Shown piece after piece: positions 47,391 to 57,225 of a DNA stretch of 61,496 nucleotides (position 1 is the first letter of the stretch; each line of letters begins with the position of its first letter). The translations under genes and the position numbers were made by a program. Under the pieces are notes generated by a model. The model searched no databases. It was not told the DNA's origin and was given only the letters and a program-made list of their open reading frames with translations. Origin of the DNA: a virus; the UHGV virus genome UHGV-1354897, one strand, 5' to 3'.

Positions 47391-48263
47391 TTATTTCTTA
47401 GCAGGACGTACAGGCTTCAGCGGGTCTACGCCATTCTTTTCAGCTAAACGTTTAGCTAAAGATTGATTAGTTTTCCAGAGGTTCATCTGCTTAGAGATGT
47501 TCCAGCCGTCGTGACTGTATGGGTCTTCACCGTGATGGCCGCCAGCGCCCGGACCAGATGCACCGCCACCAGCAGATCCTTCAACCCAGTGCGGACGCTT
47601 CGGAAGGATTTCGTTCAGCCAGTCCGCCGGAGTCAGGTAAGGAGTTACACCAGCCCCATCTTTCGTAACCACATTGCCGTTCTCGTCGACGGTCATCTGC
47701 AACTGTGCATAAGTTACAGCGTCTTCGATAGCAGATGGACGCAATTTAGCACCAGAAGCAGCGGCAATAACTGCATCTTTAATCTTCGCTTTAGTTTCGC
47801 GAGTGCGGTAGCCTTCAATTTCCTGCTTAACCGTGTCACGCTCGGTGATAACAGTTTGCAATTGGCGCTCAAGCGGCGCAAGACGGGCTTTAACCATCTT
47901 TTCGATGTCTTCCGGAGTACCTTTACCGTTAGCGGCAGCTTCCAGTTGAGGGATACGATCAAGGTCCGCAAGAACTTCTTCAACCGGACGCCCAAGTGCG
48001 CTAATTTGTTGCTTCACTTGACGATGATCGTTACGCTCTTTTGCTAATGCACTTTCCAGACGACGAACGCTATCAGCAGGGGCTACACCTTTGACTTTTG
48101 CAAGAACGTATTTACCACCCTGCTCTTCGTAAAGAGCAGCAAACTCTGCCGGGATCTCTTCCGCAGATGCATATTCGTATTCCAGTTCCACATCACCTTC
48201 ACCGCGAGCGCGTGGATTAATTAGAGCAAAACCAACACTAATAGCTACAGAACTCTTTTTCAT
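47391..48263 (-). CDS. capsid scaffolding protein
   Basis: 290-aa acidic alpha-helical protein between portal and capsid genes; Gly-rich C-terminus. Confidence 0.6.
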   Translation of the reverse strand: MKKSSVAISVGFALINPRARGEGDVELEYEYASAEEIPAEFAALYEEQGGKYVLAKVKGVAPADSVRRLESALAKERNDHRQVKQQISALGRPVEEVLADLDRIPQLEAAANGKGTPEDIEKMVKARLAPLERQLQTVITERDTVKQEIEGYRTRETKAKIKDAVIAAASGAKLRPSAIEDAVTYAQLQMTVDENGNVVTKDGAGVTPYLTPADWLNEILPKRPHWVEGSAGGGASGPGAGGHHGEDPYSHDGWNISKQMNLWKTNQSLAKRLAEKNGVDPLKPVRPAKK

Positions 48264-48358
48264 TTCTTATCTCCGTTGTCACCCGTGTGACGTTTTTGGG
48301 GCTGAGCCGTCCCAGCCCCGTGTTCGTTAATATAAACCAATCAACTTGCAAGTTGCAA

Positions 48359-49855
48359 CTATTCTTTATTGGAAGCGTCGTCTTCCTTAGGATCTTTGTT
48401 TACTTGCTGCTCTGCGTTTAAATCAGCTTTAGCATCATCGGGCAGAGGCCACTTCTTAAGCTCTTCTTCAAGAATTGCCATTTCTTCTTCAAAGCTTAGT
48501 GTGGTCAAGCCCTGATCAACAAGCCAGCCATGAATAGACTGCAAGCTGATTGGAGCCTTAAGGTTGCGTGCAGTAATAATTTGAACAAAGTCCTGACCGT
48601 TAAACATGCTCTTGGTAAATTCAAGATTAGGCTTAACCACAACTTTCTCTGGATCAGCACCCATCCATTTAGCGCAGACCTTCAGCAAGTTTTCCAAACC
48701 TGCCGCACCAGTATATGCAATTCGAATCAGGCTAGCGGTACGCGCAGCAATACGCGTTTTCATAGCTTCGCCTGATTCCTGCGTGCTCTTGGTGTTGTTT
48801 ACCATCTGCCCAGCTTTAATCTGAGCTTCCTGCTTATCCGCTGCCAATGCAAGGCGTTGCTCGGACAAACCATCGCCGCTAACGCCTACATATTTAGCGT
48901 CACCCCCAAGAGCAACGTTAATCACCGCACCAGGACCAATACGTTGAGGGGCTTTATCCCCATTCTCACCCGAGCCACCAACAACAACTAACGTGTCCTG
49001 ACCTTGCATATGCAGACTTTGACGGTAATCGGCGTCACTTCGGTACATGCTTAAGCAGATGTTAGCTAGCCCCAACAATGGAGGCGCTTCCGGTGCTGGG
49101 GTAATATCTGTTGTATTAACAAACTGGAAAGGTATTTCGTCCAGCGTCTTACCTTTATAATAAGGAGCAATCATTTGCCCTTCATCATAATTGGTATTGT
49201 TGATAAATAAATGCTGGGAGTAGACCGCCCCACCTGCAACTTCATCTGTGTCCATCGGACCTAATTGCAGGACGCGATAACGCTTCTCTTCTTTCCAGTC
49301 AAACTGATTGACACGTACAGGCCCACTTTCATCCAGAACAACCATGTTCAAGTTAATATTGCCTAATTCATCTTTACCATCATCCCAGTTGATAATGGAT
49401 AAAGCATCATAAACGCTAATATACGGTCTGTTATTTACATCCTCACCTTTTGGCAAGTCCAGCAGCAGACCCAAACGTCCATTTTTTAACTGCATTTCGT
49501 TGATGCGACGTAGCAGAGCAATAATGTCTTCACCATCCGCAGTACACAGCTCCCGCATGTATTCCATTTCAGGGGGAAGCTGGATTGTAGGAGGCTTCTG
49601 GTGCAACAGACCTAAATTGTTTGTGACAGCACTTGAATAATCGTCAGGGAAGTTGGCACGCAGACGATAAGCGAGCCAACGTTGAAAGCCCAAATCATTA
49701 GGATTATTCATCCCATCAATAAGCATGGAAGCTAAAGGTGGCAGATATTTAACACCTTCTTCCTTAATTTTATCTTCACCCTCATAGCAGTCGTTGCACT
49801 TAACCCATGCATCCTTCCACTTGTCATATAGCGGGTGAGTTGCATCAATACCCAT
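48359..49855 (-). CDS. portal protein
   Basis: 498-aa ORF immediately downstream of the large terminase. Confidence 0.7.
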   Translation of the reverse strand: MGIDATHPLYDKWKDAWVKCNDCYEGEDKIKEEGVKYLPPLASMLIDGMNNPNDLGFQRWLAYRLRANFPDDYSSAVTNNLGLLHQKPPTIQLPPEMEYMRELCTADGEDIIALLRRINEMQLKNGRLGLLLDLPKGEDVNNRPYISVYDALSIINWDDGKDELGNINLNMVVLDESGPVRVNQFDWKEEKRYRVLQLGPMDTDEVAGGAVYSQHLFINNTNYDEGQMIAPYYKGKTLDEIPFQFVNTTDITPAPEAPPLLGLANICLSMYRSDADYRQSLHMQGQDTLVVVGGSGENGDKAPQRIGPGAVINVALGGDAKYVGVSGDGLSEQRLALAADKQEAQIKAGQMVNNTKSTQESGEAMKTRIAARTASLIRIAYTGAAGLENLLKVCAKWMGADPEKVVVKPNLEFTKSMFNGQDFVQIITARNLKAPISLQSIHGWLVDQGLTTLSFEEEMAILEEELKKWPLPDDAKADLNAEQQVNKDPKEDDASNKE

Positions 49856-49866
49856 ATACCCTCCAG

Positions 49867-51426
49867 TTAAATACCGATAGTTTTACCGACACCTGTATAA
49901 ACAGCTTGATCCAGAACCATATAACGTACTTCATCGCCCATATGGTCTTCACATTCCGTATCAACGTCGTCCTGATCTACTTCATCACGAGGAAGACTTG
50001 GAACAAGTTCAAAAAAATAATTGCAATTATCGAAAACATACATTGCTGGATTTTCACGTGGTCCCGGCAAAGGTTTACCGTTTGCATCTTCCCGCAACGC
50101 GGCTTTAAGAAACTCACGCATTTTCTGCCATCCGCGTTTACGCGACCCAGCAGATTTATCACTTCTCTTCCAATGGATGCCGTTATACAGCTTGCCGTTG
50201 AGACGGATTTTCTTCGCCATTGTTGCAGCGGTGGAGTTATTGTTCTCCAGATCCCAAATAGAATTATCCGCAGGTCCAGGAACTACACGGTCGTGTATAC
50301 CCCAGGCCAATTCCCGCTCCAGTATACCGCTTGCAATCTCTGAGTCCAGCAAATGTAGGCCTTCGTTTGTTTTACCGTTAGTGCCGTACCATTCGTTAAT
50401 ACGGAACAAGTCACCGCGAACAGTAGAGAATGTAGTACCATCTTCACGTACAACATCCGAACCGTCACTAATAGCCCACCAGCCAACGGAGAATGGTTTT
50501 GAAGAACCCCAGTCGAAAGAACGTGTAATCTTCCAGCTTGATGGGATTGGGAATGGGCGTATTTTATGAACAGTGCTACGCCACAGATCATCGAACATAC
50601 CGCCGGAGGTGATATCCCAGCTACCGCCTAACCATGCAGCTCGTTTGTTCGGGTCTGTGATGGACATAAGCTCTGCAATATATTTCGGGCTCAGGTTTTT
50701 GTTCTCGCGGTAAGATCCGAAGATATGACATTGCGTCGTAACCACATCTTCCTCTTTCTGCGTCCGCGGGTTAAACACTCGCGTAGTTTTCCTGAGTATC
50801 TTACCCATCGGTGCAGCGTCAATGAAGCGTTTCTTAACCCAGTTATGTCCCGCGCCAAACGGGTTACTGGTAGCAAACACTTCCAGAGGAATGTCTGGTA
50901 AATATGTAACAGTACCGTCCGGATTGATAATCGGATTATCTTCTGGTAGGAATGATGAACGGTTACAGGACATCATTGCTTCAAACAAACGCCCGTCCGG
51001 ATACTTTGTTAATTCGTTCCATCCGATAAACGGGTATTCGTGACCATGATAAGACCAATAATCCTTTTCTTTGCAAGCAACACGGAACAGCAATTCTTCC
51101 CCAGTGGGCCAAACCCATTTATAATCAGACTTGGAACTAAGGAATTTAGCACCATCTTTAAATTCAGGGAACCAACGCTGTGATTTGGTTACAAGGTCAT
51201 CAAGGTTTTTATATTCACGGTCGAATATAATGCCTTTCCAGAATTTACCGTACCCTACGCCAACATTCTTACGGAAACGCATAAGCTGGCAGTCTGTTTT
51301 TCCAGGACCGCGAGTTCCGTGGTATAAGATGATATCGGCAGGGCAGGATAAAGCGAGCGTCTGTGAACCTGGATGTGGCTTCCAGACTACTCGCGGCATG
51401 TTATCAGGTTGTCGGTTTAGCTCCAT
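49867..51426 (-). CDS. terL: terminase large subunit
   Basis: 519-aa ORF with P-loop-like GTRGPGKTD near N-terminus; follows the small-subunit gene. Confidence 0.75.
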   Translation of the reverse strand: MELNRQPDNMPRVVWKPHPGSQTLALSCPADIILYHGTRGPGKTDCQLMRFRKNVGVGYGKFWKGIIFDREYKNLDDLVTKSQRWFPEFKDGAKFLSSKSDYKWVWPTGEELLFRVACKEKDYWSYHGHEYPFIGWNELTKYPDGRLFEAMMSCNRSSFLPEDNPIINPDGTVTYLPDIPLEVFATSNPFGAGHNWVKKRFIDAAPMGKILRKTTRVFNPRTQKEEDVVTTQCHIFGSYRENKNLSPKYIAELMSITDPNKRAAWLGGSWDITSGGMFDDLWRSTVHKIRPFPIPSSWKITRSFDWGSSKPFSVGWWAISDGSDVVREDGTTFSTVRGDLFRINEWYGTNGKTNEGLHLLDSEIASGILERELAWGIHDRVVPGPADNSIWDLENNNSTAATMAKKIRLNGKLYNGIHWKRSDKSAGSRKRGWQKMREFLKAALREDANGKPLPGPRENPAMYVFDNCNYFFELVPSLPRDEVDQDDVDTECEDHMGDEVRYMVLDQAVYTGVGKTIGI

Positions 51427-51961
51427 CTTCAGTCTCTTTAACTAGTCGTTGTTGAGACTCGGATGCAGTTTTTTCCCATTCGTCAATATTTGCTACAGCA
51501 GGGACTATCATTACGCCGCCTCTGTTAGTAACATCAATTTTAGCCTTCTTGGGAGCATCCAAATCATAAATTTGTGCAAGCTTGCCCAATGCGGCTACTC
51601 TAGCAGCTTGAGAAGATCCCGGTCCTGTATAATGAGCTTCACGTTTTAATGCTTCAATGATATGCTGACGCTCTAGGTCTGCTTCAATGTTAGCTTGCTC
51701 AGAAGTACGTTGAACACGGGATCTTTCAATCTCCTTGAGCTTCCATCGAACGTAACAGTCCGTGGCAAAGCGTTGGCCAAGCTCCTGTGCAAACATAGCA
51801 TTGAACCCGCATCTCATGCAAGCGTTAGTCCAATTGTAGTCGAACATATACTCAGCAACAACTTTGTCACGTATTGCCATCTCGTCAGCGGACAAGCTAT
51901 TTGCATACTGGATATAGTTCGTCCAGTCACGATCATATTGCTCTTGACTTGCCCCGTTCAT
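51404..51961 (-). CDS. terS: terminase small subunit
   Basis: 185-aa ORF immediately upstream of and overlapping terL. Confidence 0.55.
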   Translation of the reverse strand: MNGASQEQYDRDWTNYIQYANSLSADEMAIRDKVVAEYMFDYNWTNACMRCGFNAMFAQELGQRFATDCYVRWKLKEIERSRVQRTSEQANIEADLERQHIIEALKREAHYTGPGSSQAARVAALGKLAQIYDLDAPKKAKIDVTNRGGVMIVPAVANIDEWEKTASESQQRLVKETEDGAKPTT

Positions 51962-51981
51962 GGAAGCTCCCCTTCTTATTG

Positions 51982-52287
51982 CTATTTAGGCTGAATATAA
52001 TTGCTTGATCCTACAAAATCAAGCGAAACATTTTCAGCTTCATAGCGTATGATTTCCTTAACCCTTAGCTTACATTCAGTCAGAGCAGTTTCTGTATCCT
52101 GTAAACGTCGGATAATATCTCTTGTGTAAACCAAAGGAATTTTCTCAACTTCCCGACATTCCACCAGTAGATGTGCGGGTAGTCTTACCTTCACTATCTG
52201 TGGAGCTGGAGGAGGTTGAGTTTGCGTCGAGCAACCTGCGCAAATCATCAGGAATACGCTCGTTAAGATAAGCTTTGACGTCAGCAT
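51982..52287 (-). CDS. putative outer-membrane spanin lipoprotein (o-spanin), overlapping the i-spanin gene
   Basis: From internal Met: MLTSKLILTSVFLMICAGCS with lipobox-like Cys, then Pro-rich PPPAPQ; different frame from the i-spanin 3' end. Confidence 0.45.
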   Translation of the reverse strand: MLTSKLILTSVFLMICAGCSTQTQPPPAPQIVKVRLPAHLLVECREVEKIPLVYTRDIIRRLQDTETALTECKLRVKEIIRYEAENVSLDFVGSSNYIQPK

Positions 52288-52621
52288 TGCTTTTCTCCAG
52301 TGTCTGCAACTTGTCCTGAAGCAACTTGTGGTTATGTTGTTCATCTTGAATTGCAGAAGTTAGTTTCTTGAAAGAGTCCGTGTCCTTCTCCCTTTGTGCA
52401 GCAAGAAATACAACAGCCTCGCCCAGCTTTGCATTGTCTTTCTCCACAACGGTTAAACGTTCTTCAGCCAAACTTAAATTTGATTTGTTAAGCTCGTTCT
52501 GTGACCACAGGTAGGCGGCCACCCCGCATAAAAACACTACCGCGCCGATCATCAAATACTCGATAAACAGACGCGGTTTAGCTTTTATGAAGCCGAAGAA
52601 GTTATTTAGAATCATTTTCAT
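52145..52621 (-). CDS. putative inner-membrane spanin (i-spanin)
   Basis: N-terminal transmembrane helix followed by coiled-coil; immediately after the holin. Confidence 0.55.
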   Translation of the reverse strand: MKMILNNFFGFIKAKPRLFIEYLMIGAVVFLCGVAAYLWSQNELNKSNLSLAEERLTVVEKDNAKLGEAVVFLAAQREKDTDSFKKLTSAIQDEQHNHKLLQDKLQTLEKSNADVKAYLNERIPDDLRRLLDANSTSSSSTDSEGKTTRTSTGGMSGS

Positions 52622-52946
52622 GTTTGCAGTCCTCTGAGTCGAGTTTGATCCCTGTCCGCGATGCTAGAAGCGACTTTAGAGCTTTTAGCGTAGCACGTGA
52701 ACCCGCCCAAGCGAATAGGCCAGCAAGGCCAAAAGCGAACCAAAGGCTGATATTAAACTCCCTGTAGATCGCGTACATTATAACGCCGAAGAACGCGGCG
52801 GATAAGCCCTCAAGACATGCAATGCTTAACCGTACTTTCTTACCAGCGTCAATTGTGCGCATGACGTAACCGAGAGCTCCCCCAATGAGGGAAATCAGAG
52901 CAAACCCCGCTAGAACTGCCCAATGTTCGTTTGATGAGTTGAACAT
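52602..52946 (-). CDS. putative holin
   Basis: Small protein with three hydrophobic helices and charged C-terminus; GGAGGG RBS before ATG at 52946; between endolysin and spanin candidates. Confidence 0.55.
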   Translation of the reverse strand: MFNSSNEHWAVLAGFALISLIGGALGYVMRTIDAGKKVRLSIACLEGLSAAFFGVIMYAIYREFNISLWFAFGLAGLFAWAGSRATLKALKSLLASRTGIKLDSEDCKHENDSK

Positions 52947-52982
52947 GTTCCCTCCAATAAAAAGGGGCTGACGCCCCATCAG

Positions 52983-53420
52983 TTAAATTACCATTGCAAT
53001 AGCGCGGTCGATCACGTCATCAGTATAAGGCATCATGCCATTTTCATGACGAATGATTGCTTTCACCAAACCTGACATTATCGTCTTGTCGAAGACATTA
53101 ATTGGATCGTTAGGTTGAACACCAATTGCTTTAGCAACAGAGCGAATATACGCTTCCGTATCGTTTTCGTTAGGTGGTGCCCAGCGAGCGATAATTTCAC
53201 GTACAGTGTCGATGTTTTTCTTACCCACATTGGGCAAGCCTTCACGTTTGGTGTAGTTTGTCAGGACTTTCGCCAGAGCGCGGATGCCGTAGATCGGTTG
53301 CGTAAATTGTGCAAAAGATTTGTCGGTCCGCTTATCAACAGGGACCAATCCCTGCCAATTATCACCCCAGCGAATGTTACCTGGATTGTTGTTACGAATA
53401 CCACGAGGTTGAAGCGCCAT
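52983..53420 (-). CDS. putative endolysin (family not identified)
   Basis: 145-aa product from ATG at 53420 with GGAGGA RBS; N-terminal motif GIRNNNPGNIRWGDNWQGL; assignment mostly from position. Confidence 0.4.
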   Translation of the reverse strand: MALQPRGIRNNNPGNIRWGDNWQGLVPVDKRTDKSFAQFTQPIYGIRALAKVLTNYTKREGLPNVGKKNIDTVREIIARWAPPNENDTEAYIRSVAKAIGVQPNDPINVFDKTIMSGLVKAIIRHENGMMPYTDDVIDRAIAMVI

Positions 53421-53502
53421 ATCGAGTTCCTCCGCTTGACATGAACCACTCAAGGGTAACAGAGAAACTTGATACGGCGCAAGGAGAATTGATCTAAGAA
53501 GA

Positions 53503-53763
53503 TTACCCGTCAAACCACTCGCTAATGTACCAGCTAACAAGACCTTTTCCACCTTTATCGACCCCGTAGCTGGAGTAAAAAGTGAAGTTATCGGGTTCGT
53601 GTTGCAGGATAACCATAAAGTCATGCTGAGTGCTGTCAATAATTGCAATGGCGATTTCCTCGTTATCTGTGATAAAGATTTCGCCACCAATTACAACATG
53701 CGTCCCGTGGTCAACTACCTTGCTGTGATAAGCAGGTGGGATCAGGTGACTGAATGTAGTCAT
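53503..53763 (-). CDS. hypothetical protein
   Basis: 86-aa ORF. Confidence 0.5.
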   Translation of the reverse strand: MTTFSHLIPPAYHSKVVDHGTHVVIGGEIFITDNEEIAIAIIDSTQHDFMVILQHEPDNFTFYSSYGVDKGGKGLVSWYISEWFDG

Positions 53764-54228
53764 TTAAAAACCCTCAAACGATATTGTATCAACGCCAAGA
53801 AATGCACATGTGGTATGCTTGATTGCTAGCTCGATAGCTTCGCGTGCGCTTGCACCAGCAGCCAGAGCTCCCGCAGCAAACACGCAACCACTGCCATCCG
53901 ACCCCCATCCATCCAGCATGGGTTCGCTCAAAGTACCATCATTATAAATAAAATGGCAAGTACCTTCCGGAGTAACAGCAAGACCGCAAGTTTGCCCATA
54001 ATCGTCATCTTTGCTGTAAACTTTAATATCTGGGAACTTAACAGGCTCAGGACTATTAAAATAGCGCAACACCTGATCGGTAAATGCTGTAAGACCGCAC
54101 AAGCCTAGTAAAAACCGTCCACGATGTCCATTTACGCTGTGAACTTTCTTATATGCAGTCACAACTTCCCCGCGCATAACTCCACGGTCCGCAGCTAATA
54201 CTTTTCCATCGTAAGCAATGGTTGTCAT
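53764..54228 (-). CDS. HslV/proteasome-beta-like Ntn-hydrolase peptidase
   Basis: N-terminus MTTIAYDGKVLAADR with Thr at position 2; C-terminal GWGSDGSGCVFAAGALAAGASAREAIELAIKHT resembles HslV segment GSGGPYAQAAARALLE...ARDIAEKALDIA (recalled from memory). Confidence 0.55.
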   Translation of the reverse strand: MTTIAYDGKVLAADRGVMRGEVVTAYKKVHSVNGHRGRFLLGLCGLTAFTDQVLRYFNSPEPVKFPDIKVYSKDDDYGQTCGLAVTPEGTCHFIYNDGTLSEPMLDGWGSDGSGCVFAAGALAAGASAREAIELAIKHTTCAFLGVDTISFEGF

Positions 54229-54410
54229 TTAATTTTCCTTTGGTCTTGGATAATAACAATACATAAAACAAACAGAATAAGACAGATGCACAGTCCTGTA
54301 CTTGCAAAGATTCGGATAACCGTGGAAGGTTGTTCGACTACTGTATAGGTATAAAGCCCAGCGAACATTAACGTCGCAAATAAAAACAATCCGGCGTATA
54401 GTTTGGTCAT
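54225..54410 (-). CDS. hypothetical small membrane protein
   Basis: 61-aa ORF with two hydrophobic helices. Confidence 0.45.
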   Translation of the reverse strand: MTKLYAGLFLFATLMFAGLYTYTVVEQPSTVIRIFASTGLCICLILFVLCIVIIQDQRKIK

Positions 54411-54472
54411 TGTGTACCCCTCTTATTCGATGGGTACACAATACAATGAAGGATTATCTGATAGCAAGGTTT

Positions 54473-54895
54473 TTAATTAAGCACAATCTCAACGTCTTTA
54501 ACCCAAGTATGAATGATAAATGCTCCTGGCTGTTCAGGATCTTGATCCGGGCCAACGTAGAACTTTTTACCTTCCCAACCTTTAATTGGGTCATGTACAA
54601 TAAACTTGTGATTAGTTGTATCGATCACAACCTGATGCAGTGCTCCAGGAACATTGAGACTTGGGACAGTGCACAAAAACAAACCACCCATGTATATAGT
54701 TTCACGCCCACCGCCTACAGAACAGATGTGGTCAACATTGTTTTGTACTAAATATTCGGAAATTGTTATTTCCCAGTTATTGTAATATCGATCATGAAAT
54801 TCCGCAATTACTTCTTCTACAGGTCTATTAAGGATCATCGCCAGACACGCAGAAACGCATGTATTCAATGTTGGTTGCTTGACGTGTTTAATCAT
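54473..54895 (-). CDS. papain-like cysteine peptidase (C39-like)
   Basis: QPTLNTCVSACLAMIL matches the C39 catalytic-Cys signature; downstream His/Asp candidates in NHKFIVHDP. Confidence 0.5.
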   Translation of the reverse strand: MIKHVKQPTLNTCVSACLAMILNRPVEEVIAEFHDRYYNNWEITISEYLVQNNVDHICSVGGGRETIYMGGLFLCTVPSLNVPGALHQVVIDTTNHKFIVHDPIKGWEGKKFYVGPDQDPEQPGAFIIHTWVKDVEIVLN

Positions 54896-54896
54896 C

Positions 54897-55367
54897 TTAT
54901 GCCTCGTATATGACTTCCGGCTCGTTATTATAAGGACGCAGCAGCAAACGCGCTACCAGCGCCGTACGCTCGCTCAACCCTTGCGGATGCACAAACCCAA
55001 CGAACTGGTAGTGACAACCGCGCAGGTGGTGCAAGCTCTTAGCACAATGACACGCTTCCAAACGAAGTGTCTCGCCCGACTGCCATTTAACCACAATGGT
55101 AGAACTCGCGGTCATGTTAATTTCTACGTCACCAATATCTATTTGAAGACGTAAAAGATCTTCTACAACATTACGGACATAGACAAGGATCTGTGATGTA
55201 GGCATAACAATGAGCCCATTCCAATCCTTCCCGCGACCCAATCCGCAATAACGCGCAAAGTTGGCTATCAACTGCGTTTCTGTAACCTGTTTTACTTCAA
55301 ACGACTTCTTCAGTTGGCAGTCTTTGGATTCGTCCATTGCATCAACAATAGTTTTAACGTCAGTCAT
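54897..55367 (-). CDS. hypothetical protein
   Basis: 156-aa ORF; Cys/His cluster EACHCAKSLHHLRGCH. Confidence 0.55.
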   Translation of the reverse strand: MTDVKTIVDAMDESKDCQLKKSFEVKQVTETQLIANFARYCGLGRGKDWNGLIVMPTSQILVYVRNVVEDLLRLQIDIGDVEINMTASSTIVVKWQSGETLRLEACHCAKSLHHLRGCHYQFVGFVHPQGLSERTALVARLLLRPYNNEPEVIYEA

Positions 55368-55370
55368 TAT

Positions 55371-55763
55371 TTACTCCGCTAATGTGTAAGGAATACCGGA
55401 TGCTTTAATCCGTCTGTACATGTCCATAGTACCAGCTCCGCCCGGAAACACAATAGCGTGATCTGGTTTGGGATCAGTATCCAGCATTACTTGATTGCGG
55501 TAAGCGCCTGCTTGCGCATTATAAGCTCCCTTGGCGTTATACCGTATCTTGGTATTTGGTAAGGAAAGATTGTCCCACGGGGCAGGGAACGCTTCTGTCT
55601 TAACACCGTTGCGCTCTGCCCAATGTGCGCAAATCCGGTCAACACCGTCAGCGTCACCGTGACGAAGTGTGGTTATCCTTCTTTGCGTATGCAACTTATC
55701 CAGTTGAGCATAAATATACTCTACATGTTTAAAATCACGCCCTCCGGTGACGACTAATAGCAT
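55371..55763 (-). CDS. DUF2493-like (SLOG-type Rossmann) protein
   Basis: Pattern VVTGGRDF...LD...HGDADGVD...FPGGAGT matches the DUF2493 consensus as I recall it. Confidence 0.55.
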   Translation of the reverse strand: MLLVVTGGRDFKHVEYIYAQLDKLHTQRRITTLRHGDADGVDRICAHWAERNGVKTEAFPAPWDNLSLPNTKIRYNAKGAYNAQAGAYRNQVMLDTDPKPDHAIVFPGGAGTMDMYRRIKASGIPYTLAE

Positions 55764-55826
55764 TATTTCTTCTCCAATGGTTTCAACATTTCATCAATAA
55801 AGCCTTTCCAATATTTGATATTTTCT

Positions 55827-56369
55827 TCAATCACCAATAACCTCCTTAAAACGGTTATACAAATCACGATAGAACAAAGGACCATATTTGTTACGACGCA
55901 GGAAGTCCTTTGCTACAGCTTCCAGAGCTTCGCAGCGATCACGCAACTCTTGAGCCTTCTTCTCGGTATGCGCCCACACCTCTTCGCTGGTCACACCCGG
56001 CGGATTCATTGCACCAACAATTTGACGCAAACGAATATAAGAATCGGATAAAGCGTGTTCAGCAGCACGCATGTCGACAAGGTTAGTTTCAGCATTTTCG
56101 GCACGTTCTTCCTGAGCTCGCCATTCAGCTTCTAACTGGTCAATGCGCATGTCACGATAACCCAGCTCCGCAGCAATATCACCTTTGCTGTGCAAGCCTT
56201 CGGACGTCATCGCCATAACATGACGGGAGTAATAACCTCCAGCTTGATCCAGTTCCCAAGCGTCACGCTCACGGTATAAACAATCACACTCCACCAGAAT
56301 AGGTTCACCCCACGGTTGAACGCCACCACTATCAACCATTCCTGTCCCGTTACATTTTTGACAGCTCAT
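55827..56369 (-). CDS. hypothetical protein with N-terminal CxxCxGxG zinc-ribbon-like motif
   Basis: MSCQKCNGTGM...CDC; AGGTGGAG RBS before ATG at 56369. Confidence 0.55.
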   Translation of the reverse strand: MSCQKCNGTGMVDSGGVQPWGEPILVECDCLYRERDAWELDQAGGYYSRHVMAMTSEGLHSKGDIAAELGYRDMRIDQLEAEWRAQEERAENAETNLVDMRAAEHALSDSYIRLRQIVGAMNPPGVTSEEVWAHTEKKAQELRDRCEALEAVAKDFLRRNKYGPLFYRDLYNRFKEVIGD

Positions 56370-56371
56370 TA

Positions 56372-56596
56372 TTATCTCCACCTGTTACGGTCATTGCATT
56401 TATATTCATACTCGGTAATAACCTGAGGATACATTGGCATAACATTACCTTTTGCATCGTAGATATATTGCCAAATGATAACCTCCCGGCTATTACCAGT
56501 ACGTTGACAATTTTGCCGCTCCATTTCTTTGGAGTCTACAATTGCAAATACAACGAAAGCGGCAATTATAGCGCCTAATATCATGAATATTTTCAT
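56372..56596 (-). CDS. hypothetical small membrane protein
   Basis: 74-aa ORF with one N-terminal hydrophobic helix. Confidence 0.5.
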   Translation of the reverse strand: MKIFMILGAIIAAFVVFAIVDSKEMERQNCQRTGNSREVIIWQYIYDAKGNVMPMYPQVITEYEYKCNDRNRWR

Positions 56597-56895
56597 GGGT
56601 TAAGCCTATATTCTTTGATTTCCCTTAGCGTATCACGCCAGTCCATACCTTCAAGGTCAACTTCACCGCAGTAGCGAACTCGCCAACCATCAAAGTTTAT
56701 CAACCATTGTTTCTCCGCTTCATAGAAATCAGGTTCTTCGTCATAGCAATGTACTTTACCGTCTGCATCTACAGCGATAAAGTTAGCCCAGGGCTCAACA
56801 GGGATAGTAAACCCATAATAGTCGGTAAATACTTGCGTCTCCTTGTTAACAGAAGGAATTTCGTGTCCAGTTTCATCCATTCCTAAATAAAGCAT
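56593..56895 (-). CDS. hypothetical protein, member of a two-gene paralog family (partner 57226..57507)
   Basis: Shared motifs P-x-WAN-[FW]-[IL]-AVD and Y-x-E-P-x-[FI]-[YD]-E with the 57226..57507 product. Confidence 0.6.
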   Translation of the reverse strand: MLYLGMDETGHEIPSVNKETQVFTDYYGFTIPVEPWANFIAVDADGKVHCYDEEPDFYEAEKQWLINFDGWRVRYCGEVDLEGMDWRDTLREIKEYRLNP

Positions 56896-56946
56896 AACAA
56901 CCTCCAGATAATTAAGGGCTCCGTAGAGCCCATTATAGATTGATAA

Positions 56947-57225
56947 TTATACTTCTTCCAAGAAATTGGGACTTACAAGACCATTATAAGGTACTTCATA
57001 GGTATCCATATCTTCGTTATACCCGTCTTTACCAAAGGTAACGATAACCGTATGTGGCCATCCTTCGTGACAGCTGTATAAATCCTTCACCACCTTATTA
57101 ACAGTAACAATAGTACCAGCTTTTAACTCCAGAAACTGCGTAACGTCATCCGGAGTATAGCCTACAGCGCCAATATCTGTGGTTAAACGATACTCTTTAC
57201 CTTCAACAATATCTTCTACAAACAT
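56947..57225 (-). CDS. hypothetical protein
   Basis: 92-aa ORF. Confidence 0.55.
   Translation of the reverse strand: MFVEDIVEGKEYRLTTDIGAVGYTPDDVTQFLELKAGTIVTVNKVVKDLYSCHEGWPHTVIVTFGKDGYNEDMDTYEVPYNGLVSPNFLEEV

Noticed and set aside
52983-53690. Long 235-aa form of the endolysin ORF
   Set aside because: The N-terminal 90 aa lack an RBS and look non-protein-like; an internal ATG at 53420 has a GGAGGA RBS, so the short form is preferred.
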